Part shown: positions 56,401 to 64,000 of the stretch, in pieces | Layout: each line of letters starts with the position of its first letter | Numbering within the stretch: position 1 is the first letter of the stretch | Source: an uncultured Chloroflexia bacterium | Lineage (GTDB): Bacteria > Chloroflexota > Limnocylindria > Limnocylindrales > CSP1-4 | Direction: 5' to 3' | DNA length: 64,000 nt | Assembly (NCBI GenBank): GCA_963763775.1 | Contig: CAVXPZ010000001.1 | Location: forward strand, 224,001-288,000 | Translations under genes and position numbers: made by a program | The notes under the pieces: generated by a model | What the model was told of the DNA's origin: nothing | Database searches by the model: none | Seen by the model: the letters and a program-made list of their open reading frames with translations, nothing else

Positions 56401-57433
56401 ATGCCCGTCCTGCACAGCCGCCTCGGCGATTGGGACCTCGAGCACGTCCACGCCTGGTCCGACCGCGGGCTCGTCATCGCCGCGCCGGAGACGCCGATCA
56501 TCGGTCCTGACACGCGGGTCGCGACCATCGGCAGCTGTTTCGCAGCGGAGCTCGCCGAGATGATGGACACGGTCGGGATCCAGGGGGCGATGCATCCGGG
56601 TGGCCTGTTCTACTCCACCACCACGATCCGCCAGGAGCTCGAACGGCTGGCGGGCGGCTGGCCGGAGCGGGCGGGGGAGCCGTCCTGGTCTGTCGCGGGC
56701 GGCGTCATCGACCCCTTCCGCGACTACGACACCGTGTACCCCGACGAGGCCGACCTCCAGGCGCTCGCGATCGGCGGCCGACGCCGCGGCCGATGCCGTC
56801 TTCCGCGGCGCCAGCGTCGTCGTCGTGACGCTCGGTCTCATCGAGGTCTGGCGCAGCCGCGAGACCGGCAACACGTTCCGGCAGATCCCGCATCCGGCCG
56901 TCTTCCCCGCCTTGGCCCCGACCTTCCACCGACTCACGGTCGACGAGATGCTCGCGGACCTCGAGCGGATCCGGACCATCGTGCGCGACCGCCTCGGTGC
57001 CCAGCTCATCGTCACGACGTCGCCGGTCCCGCTCCACACGACCTTCACGGCCCTCGACGTGCGGGTCGCCAACACGGAGTCGAAGAGCCGGATCCGGGCC
57101 GCCGTCTCGGAGTTCCTCGACCGGCACCCGGACGTCCACTACTTCCACTCGTACGAGATGGTCGTCACGGCGGAGCGTCAGAGCGACTACTTCCGGGACG
57201 ACGGCCGGCACGTGCATCGGCATGCCGTCCGCTACATCGTCGCGGAGTTCCTTCGCCTGTTCGGCGAGCCGTCGCTCCATCTCGCGGACGTCGACGCCAG
57301 CTGGCTGACCCCGATCGAGAAGACCAAGCCGATCCCGACGAAGGAGACGGCCCCCAAGCCGAGGGCACCGCTCTGGCGTCGCGCGGTGCGTCGCGCGAGG
57401 CGCTCGGCGCGGTCGATGCTCGGGCGCGCCTGA
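56401..57433 (+). CDS. GSCFA-domain protein (SGNH-like); frameshift near 56770
   Basis: ATIGSCFA, TLGLIEVW, TTSPVPLHTTF, ANTESKS, YFHSYE, DDGRHV. Confidence 0.85.
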
Positions 57434-57440
57434 GGCTCGG

Positions 57441-58745
57441 TCAGGCCTCGACCGACCACCCGGCGCCGAGCCGCAGGACCTGCCGGTCCCGGGCGCCGCG
57501 GCCCCGCGACGAGTTGACCGTGTCGACGACCAGCCCGGCCTGGGCGTAGACCGCCGCCCAGTCGATGGCGCGATGGGCGGTCACGACGACGATCACGTCG
57601 GCCCAGGCCAGGAGCTCGGGGAGGGCGACGCTCGATCGCTCCACGTCGTCGTCGTCGCGGAACGTCGCGACCAGCGGGTCGTGGTAGCGGACATCGCCGC
57701 CGCGGGACGCGAGCCCCGCGAGCACCCCGGCCGCGGGCGAGTTGCGCGGATCCTGGACGTCGGGCTTGAAGGCCACCCCGACGACGCCGACCTTCGCCCC
57801 CTTGAGCGCCTTCGAGCGGTCGTTGAGCGCCTCGGCCACGAGGTCGACGACGTGTCGCGGCATCGCGAGGTTGATGTCGCCGGCAAGCTCGATGAACCGG
57901 TCGATGAAGTCGAACTCGCGCGCCCGCCACGACAGGTAGTACGGGTCCACGGGGATGCAGTGCCCGCCCACGCCGGGTCCCGGCGTGAACCGCATGAACC
58001 CGAACGGCTTCGTGGCCGCGGCGTCGATGACCTCCCAGACGTCGAGACCCATGCGCTCGCACAGGAGCGCGAGCTGGTTCACGAACGCGATATTGATGTT
58101 GCGGAACACGTTCTCGAGCAGCTTCGCGAGCTCGGCCGCATCGGGCGACGAGAGCTCGATGACCGTGTCGTTGACGTGGCGCAGGAGCGCGGCGGCGCGC
58201 GTGGTGGCGGCCGCCGTCATCCCGCCGACGAGTCGTGGCACCGCCCGCGCCGCGCTCGCCGGATCGCCGGGGTTCACGCGCTCCGGGGCGTAGGCGAGGT
58301 CGAAGTCCACGCCCGCGTGCAGGCCGCTGGCCTCCACCACCTCGCGGAACGGGCCGACGGTCGTGCCCGGGAAGGTCGTCGACTGGAGCACGATCAACTG
58401 CCCGGCCCGGATGTGGTCGCGGATGTACGCGGCCGCGTCGAGGACCGGGCCGAGGTCCGGGTCCTTCGTCGCGTTGATCGGGGTCGGCACGCACACGAAG
58501 ACCGCGTCGGCCTCCGCGAGGGCCGCATCCGCCTGCGTGGCGACGCGGAACGAGCCGTCCAGCGCGCGCCCGAGCCGCTCGTCGGTGATGTCGTCGATCG
58601 GGGAGCGCCGCGCCGCCAGCGTGGCCACGCGCGTCGTCGAGACGTCGACGCCCTGGACGACCAGGCCCGCCTCGGCGAAGGCGATGGCGAGCGGCAGGCC
58701 GACGTAGCCGAGGCCGATGACGGCCACCTGGGTATCGCGGGTCAT
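57441..58745 (-). CDS. Nucleotide-sugar dehydrogenase (UDP-GlcNAc/ManNAc 6-dehydrogenase, WbpA/WecC family)
   Basis: GLGYVGLP, CVPTP, STTFPGTT, PERVNPG, KLLENVFR, GPGVGGHCIPVDP. Confidence 0.92.
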   Translation of the reverse strand: MTRDTQVAVIGLGYVGLPLAIAFAEAGLVVQGVDVSTTRVATLAARRSPIDDITDERLGRALDGSFRVATQADAALAEADAVFVCVPTPINATKDPDLGPVLDAAAYIRDHIRAGQLIVLQSTTFPGTTVGPFREVVEASGLHAGVDFDLAYAPERVNPGDPASAARAVPRLVGGMTAAATTRAAALLRHVNDTVIELSSPDAAELAKLLENVFRNINIAFVNQLALLCERMGLDVWEVIDAAATKPFGFMRFTPGPGVGGHCIPVDPYYLSWRAREFDFIDRFIELAGDINLAMPRHVVDLVAEALNDRSKALKGAKVGVVGVAFKPDVQDPRNSPAAGVLAGLASRGGDVRYHDPLVATFRDDDDVERSSVALPELLAWADVIVVVTAHRAIDWAAVYAQAGLVVDTVNSSRGRGARDRQVLRLGAGWSVEA

Positions 58746-58938
58746 TCGGTGCTCCTCTGTGGTCGCGGTCCGCCGTGACCGGCGAGGGGTCTCGGGCGGT
58801 GGGTCGCGACGCGATGGGCGGAGGCGTGATCGTCGGACGGCGACGACACGGTCGGTGTGGTGCCACAAGGCTAGCGCGATGCGGGTCGCCACGCCTCGGT
58901 CGTGGGCGGCGGGATGCCCCTGCTACCATCGCGCTCCC

Positions 58939-60585
58939 ATGAGCGAGCGTCCCCGCTACTACCTCACCACGGCCATCGCGTACGCGAACAACAAGCCCGG
59001 TGTCCACACCCTGTACGAGGTCATCGGCGCCGATGTGATCGCGCGCTGGCACCGCATGCGGGGCGATGACACGCGCTTCCTGACGGGCACGGACGAGCAC
59101 TCGATCAACATCGCGCAGAGCGCCATCGACGAGGGTCGGTCGCCCCGCGCGTTCGTCGACGAGAAGGTCGGGTACTTCCGCACGGCGGAGGCCGCCCTCG
59201 GGATCAGCCCGGACCGGTTCATCCGCACCACCGACCCGGACCACATCCGCTCGGCGCAGGAGATGGTCCGCCGGGCCCATGCCAACGGCGACATCTACCT
59301 CGGGACCTACGAGGGCTGGTATTGCCCCAACGAGGGCTTCCGCAACGCCACGGACGTCCAGGAGACGGCGCGCGGGACGATCTGCCCGAACCATCCCGAG
59401 GTCCCGCTCCAGTGGCTCACCGAGCGCAACTGGTTCTTCCGGCTCTCCGCCTACCAGGAGCGCCTCGAGCGCTACTACGCGGAGCACCCGGACTTCGTCC
59501 AGCCCGACTACCGGCGCAACGAGATGCTGGGCTTCATCCGCGGGGGCCTCGAGGACTTCTCGATCTCGCGTGAGCGGACCCCCGGCGGCTGGGGGATCCC
59601 ATTCCCGATCGCGGAGGACGGCGAGACCGCGCAACGCGAGGACGGCAGCTGGGACCCCGAGGCCGGCGTGATCTACGTCTGGTACGACGCCCTGATCAAC
59701 TACATCACCGGCGCCGGGTTCCCCGACGATGCAGCGGCCTTCGCGCACTGGTGGCCGGCCGACCTGCACGTGATCGGCAAGGACATCGCGCGGTTCCACA
59801 CGATCTTCTGGCCGGCGATGCTGTGGAGCGCCGGCCTCGAGGCGCCGCGCCACGTCTGGGTCCACGGCTGGCTGCTGGCCGCGGGCGGCGAGCGCATGAG
59901 CAAGAGCCGCGGCAACTTCCTCGACCCCGACGATTTCGTGGCCGCGTTCGGTGGCGACGCGGCGCGCTACGTCGTGCTCCGCGAGGTCCCCTTCGACCGC
60001 GACGCGGAAGTCTCGTGGGACTCGTTCGTCCGCCGCTACAACGCGGACCTGGCCAACGATTTCGGCAACCTCGTCAATCGCACCGTCTCCATGACGAACC
60101 GGTACCTGGACGGGGAGCGACCAGCACCGCGACCCGCGGCGAGTTCCGCCCTGGCCCTGCGGTGGGCGGACGTCCTGCCGGTGGTCCAGGCTCGCCTCGA
60201 GGGCTGCCTGCTCCACGAGGCGCTCGCCGAGCTGTGGACGTTCGTCGGCGATGCGAACAAGGTGGTCGACGCGGAACGGCCGTGGGACCTCGCGAAGGCC
60301 CGAGCGGCGGGGGACGATGTCGCCGGCGAGCGGCTGGCGGGCGTGCTGGGCGATCTCGTCGAGACGTGCCGGCTGATCGGGCTGGCGGCGGCGCCGTTCA
60401 TGCCGGGCGTGGCCCCGCGCGTCCTGACCCAGCTCGGCTACGACCATCCGTACGATGCCGCCGGCAACGGCGGCCCGCCCATCCTCGACGAGCTCACCTG
60501 GGGCGCGCACGCCGCCGAACCCGGTCGCGTGACCGCGCCGGAGCCGCTCTTCCCGCGGCTCGACACCGAAACCGCCTCCGGCTGA
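58939..60585 (+). CDS. metG: Methionine-tRNA ligase (short form, no C-terminal tRNA-binding domain)
   Basis: YLTTAIAYAN, LTGTDEH, FIRTTD, YVWYDALINY, IGKDIARFH, RMSKS, LANDFGNL. Confidence 0.95.
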   Translation: MSERPRYYLTTAIAYANNKPGVHTLYEVIGADVIARWHRMRGDDTRFLTGTDEHSINIAQSAIDEGRSPRAFVDEKVGYFRTAEAALGISPDRFIRTTDPDHIRSAQEMVRRAHANGDIYLGTYEGWYCPNEGFRNATDVQETARGTICPNHPEVPLQWLTERNWFFRLSAYQERLERYYAEHPDFVQPDYRRNEMLGFIRGGLEDFSISRERTPGGWGIPFPIAEDGETAQREDGSWDPEAGVIYVWYDALINYITGAGFPDDAAAFAHWWPADLHVIGKDIARFHTIFWPAMLWSAGLEAPRHVWVHGWLLAAGGERMSKSRGNFLDPDDFVAAFGGDAARYVVLREVPFDRDAEVSWDSFVRRYNADLANDFGNLVNRTVSMTNRYLDGERPAPRPAASSALALRWADVLPVVQARLEGCLLHEALAELWTFVGDANKVVDAERPWDLAKARAAGDDVAGERLAGVLGDLVETCRLIGLAAAPFMPGVAPRVLTQLGYDHPYDAAGNGGPPILDELTWGAHAAEPGRVTAPEPLFPRLDTETASG

Positions 60586-60594
60586 CATCGACCC

Positions 60595-61425
60595 GTGGCG
60601 CTCGTCGACAGCCACTGCCACCTCAACGCGGACCGGTTCGACGGGGACGTCGACCTCGTGATCGGCGGGGCGCGGCTCGCCGGCGTCGAGCGGATCCTCG
60701 TCCCAGGCTGGAACGTCGCCTCGTCCGCGCGGGCCCTCGCCCTCCTCGACCGATTCCCGTGGCTCGACGCGGCCGTCGGCGTCCATCCGCATGACGCGGC
60801 GAAGGTCGATGGCGACGGCTGGGCGACCATCGTCGCCATGGCCTCGGACGACCGGGTGGTGGCGATCGGGGAGACCGGGCTCGACTATGACCGGGTGTTC
60901 AGTCCCATCGAGGACCAGCTCACGAACCTGCGCCGCGATCTCGACCTCGCGCTCGCGACGGGCAAGCCCGCGATCCTGCACTGCCGTTCCGCGGATGGCC
61001 GTCGTGACGCCCAGGATGCGCTGGTCGCGGAGCTCACGGCCGCCGGTGTGGGCGATGCCCGCTGGGCGGCGGCGTTCGGGGACCGCCCACCGGCCGTCAT
61101 CCACTCGTACTCCGGGCCGCCCGACTACGGCCGCACGGTCATCGACATGGGGCTCGCCGTCAGCTTCTCCGGCCTCGTCTTCCGGTCCGGCGAGGAAGCC
61201 TCGAGCGAGGTCGTGGGCCTCGTGCCGGCCGATCGGCTGCTGGTCGAGACCGATTCGCCGTTCCTCGCACCACCCGGCGCACCACGGTCACGAAACGAAC
61301 CGGAGTGGGTTCGCGTCACATCGGCATGGGTCGCCGAGCGCCGCGGCGTCTCCATCGAGGCTCTCGGCGCGTCGCTGATCGTTTCCTACGACCGCACGTT
61401 CGGTCGTGAACGGAGGAACCCGTGA
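60595..61425 (+). CDS. tatD: TatD-family hydrolase
   Basis: DSHCHL, GVHPH, IGETGLDY, LHCR, HSYSG, LVETDSPFLAP, RNEP. Confidence 0.94.
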   Translation: MALVDSHCHLNADRFDGDVDLVIGGARLAGVERILVPGWNVASSARALALLDRFPWLDAAVGVHPHDAAKVDGDGWATIVAMASDDRVVAIGETGLDYDRVFSPIEDQLTNLRRDLDLALATGKPAILHCRSADGRRDAQDALVAELTAAGVGDARWAAAFGDRPPAVIHSYSGPPDYGRTVIDMGLAVSFSGLVFRSGEEASSEVVGLVPADRLLVETDSPFLAPPGAPRSRNEPEWVRVTSAWVAERRGVSIEALGASLIVSYDRTFGRERRNP

Positions 61426-62100
61426 ACAGCCTCCAGCGCCGCTCGACCATCGGCAGCCTGATCGTCCTCGTCGCGCTGCTCGCGAGCGCCTGCAGCCAGG
61501 CCGCCGCGACCATCAGCCCGACCGCGAGCGCCGTCGCCTCGGCGAGTGCGGCGGCCGTCGCCACCGCGACGTCGGCCCCGACCGCGTCACCGACCGCGAC
61601 ACCGACCGCGACACCGCACGCCGACCCCCACCGCGGAGCCGAGCCCGACCCCGAAGGCGACGCCCTGCCCGGTCAAGCCGACGTCCGGCAAGATCCCGTC
61701 CGACCGCCTCGTCGACGTGAAGACCGCGACCGGAGCCGATGCCGACACCCTGACGTTCGTGTTCGGCAACATGTCCGTGCCAGGTCCCGGCGGCCCGCCC
61801 ACCGGTGCGCTGGAGGCGGCGAAGCCGCCGTTCACCTACGGGCCGAGCGGGTTGCCGATCGTGATGGTGGGGAAGCACGTGGTCCAGGTGGTCTTCCGCG
61901 GGATGTCGATCGTCGCGGACACCGGCGACCCGGTCTACACCGGGCCGGCCAGGCTCTCGCCGGACTACCCGGCGCTCAAGCACGCCGTCGAATTCGACGA
62001 GTCCGAGGGGCAGGTCGGTTGGTACGTCGGCTACGACGGCCCGGGCTGCGTCACCCTCAAGACGACCGGGAACGACGTCACCCTCACGATCGCGCACTAG
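61422..62100 (+). CDS. Hypothetical lipoprotein with Pro/Thr linker and beta-rich (AMIN-like) domain; frameshift near 61620
   Basis: Lipobox ASAC; TASPTATPTATP linker encoded by 12-bp tandem units; C-terminal domain in the next frame (DTLTFVF...SEGQVGWYVG). Confidence 0.7.
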
Positions 62101-62151
62101 GCGCACGGCGAACGTCCGGGTCGTCCGGATGCGGCTCGGACGTCCGGCGAG

Positions 62152-62181
62152 TTGACAGGCCCGGTCGTGGTTCGCTAGTCT
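62152..62181 (+). promoter_or_regulatory. Sigma-A promoter of groESL
   Basis: TTGACA (62152-62157), 18-bp spacer, TAGTCT (62176-62181). Confidence 0.7.
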
Positions 62182-62185
62182 CCAC

Positions 62186-62212
62186 TTGGCACTCTCCTAC
62201 CGAGAGTGCCAA
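62186..62212. promoter_or_regulatory. CIRCE element (HrcA operator)
   Basis: TTGGCACTC-N9-GAGTGCCAA against the consensus TTAGCACTC-N9-GAGTGCTAA, directly upstream of groES. Confidence 0.95.
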
Positions 62213-62407
62213 GTATCGCGTGAGGCACCGCCAGGATCCGACAGCGCCGGCCAGAAGAGGTGGCCGGGCGGAGGGTCGGAAAGGACGGCCACGCGATGCG
62301 CGACCAGATGTCATGGGACGAGGGCTCCCTGGCCCCACACGGCCGGCTCGACGTCCCCGGATCCACGCCCGACGGCCGGACCGGCCGTCCACCAGGAGGA
62401 AGGCACG

Positions 62408-62722
62408 TTGGCAAAGGCCACTGCGCACGCGACCAAGCTTCGCCCATTGGGCGATCGCGTGGTCATCAAGCCCAGCGAGCGGGAGGAGATGACCAAGAGC
62501 GGCATCGTCCTGCCGGACACCGCGAAGGAGAAGCCCCAGGAGGGCACGATCATCGCCGCCGGCCCCGGCCGCGTCCTCGAGGACGGCAAGCGCGAGGCGA
62601 TGGACGTCAAGGTCGGCGACAAGGTCCTCTACGCGAAGTACGCCGGGACCGAGTTCAAGGTCGAAGGCGATGACCTGCTCATCGTCAAGCAGTCGGACAT
62701 CCTGGCGGTCGTCGCGGACTGA
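62408..62722 (+). CDS. groES: Co-chaperonin GroES
   Basis: TTG start after GGAGG; [35 protein letters not shown]. Confidence 0.96.
   Translation: MAKATAHATKLRPLGDRVVIKPSEREEMTKSGIVLPDTAKEKPQEGTIIAAGPGRVLEDGKREAMDVKVGDKVLYAKYAGTEFKVEGDDLLIVKQSDILAVVAD

Positions 62723-64000
<1,278 letters not shown>

Noticed and set aside
44762-58745. Recently acquired genomic island for the glycan cluster
   Set aside because: No integrase, tRNA, flanking direct repeats or visible compositional shift.
61560-61660. Short tandem repeats as a CRISPR array or VNTR
   Set aside because: 12-bp units encoding a PTAT linker within a lipoprotein; no spacers and no cas genes.
62186-62407. N-terminally extended GroES (178-aa ORF)
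   Set aside because: The ORF-track start lies inside CIRCE; the SD and homology support TTG 62408.

Overview
Very GC-rich bacterial chromosomal segment of mostly housekeeping genes. Gene content and order suggest Chloroflexota, possibly a Limnocylindria-like lineage; this is inference. In order: acnA (running off the left edge), a Rossmann/DUF2520 oxidoreductase, a small Arg-rich ORF plus NUDIX plus gcvT-H-PA-PB, two convergent peptide-type (Opp/Dpp) ABC operons, a split glutamine-dependent NAD synthetase, rsmI, cax, ssb, an M1 aminopeptidase, a HAMP-GGDEF-HD-GYP protein, a purine operon (purA-D-B-C-S-Q-L-F-M-NH), a legionaminic/nonulosonic-acid glycosylation cluster, metG, tatD, a lipoprotein, and CIRCE-controlled groES-groEL (running off the right edge). 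Many genes carry 1-nt frameshifts in patches, most simply read as consensus errors. I saw no tRNA, rRNA, CRISPR, prophage or transposase. Best leads: a structured, terminator-ending leader before the pur operon (candidate variant or new riboswitch); a circularly permuted family-5 solute-binding protein; PurN-PurH and NeuA-NeuB fusions; a MetRS with a rewritten HIGH motif; a 90-bp palindromic element at the 5' end of purM; and recurrent leaderless promoters.
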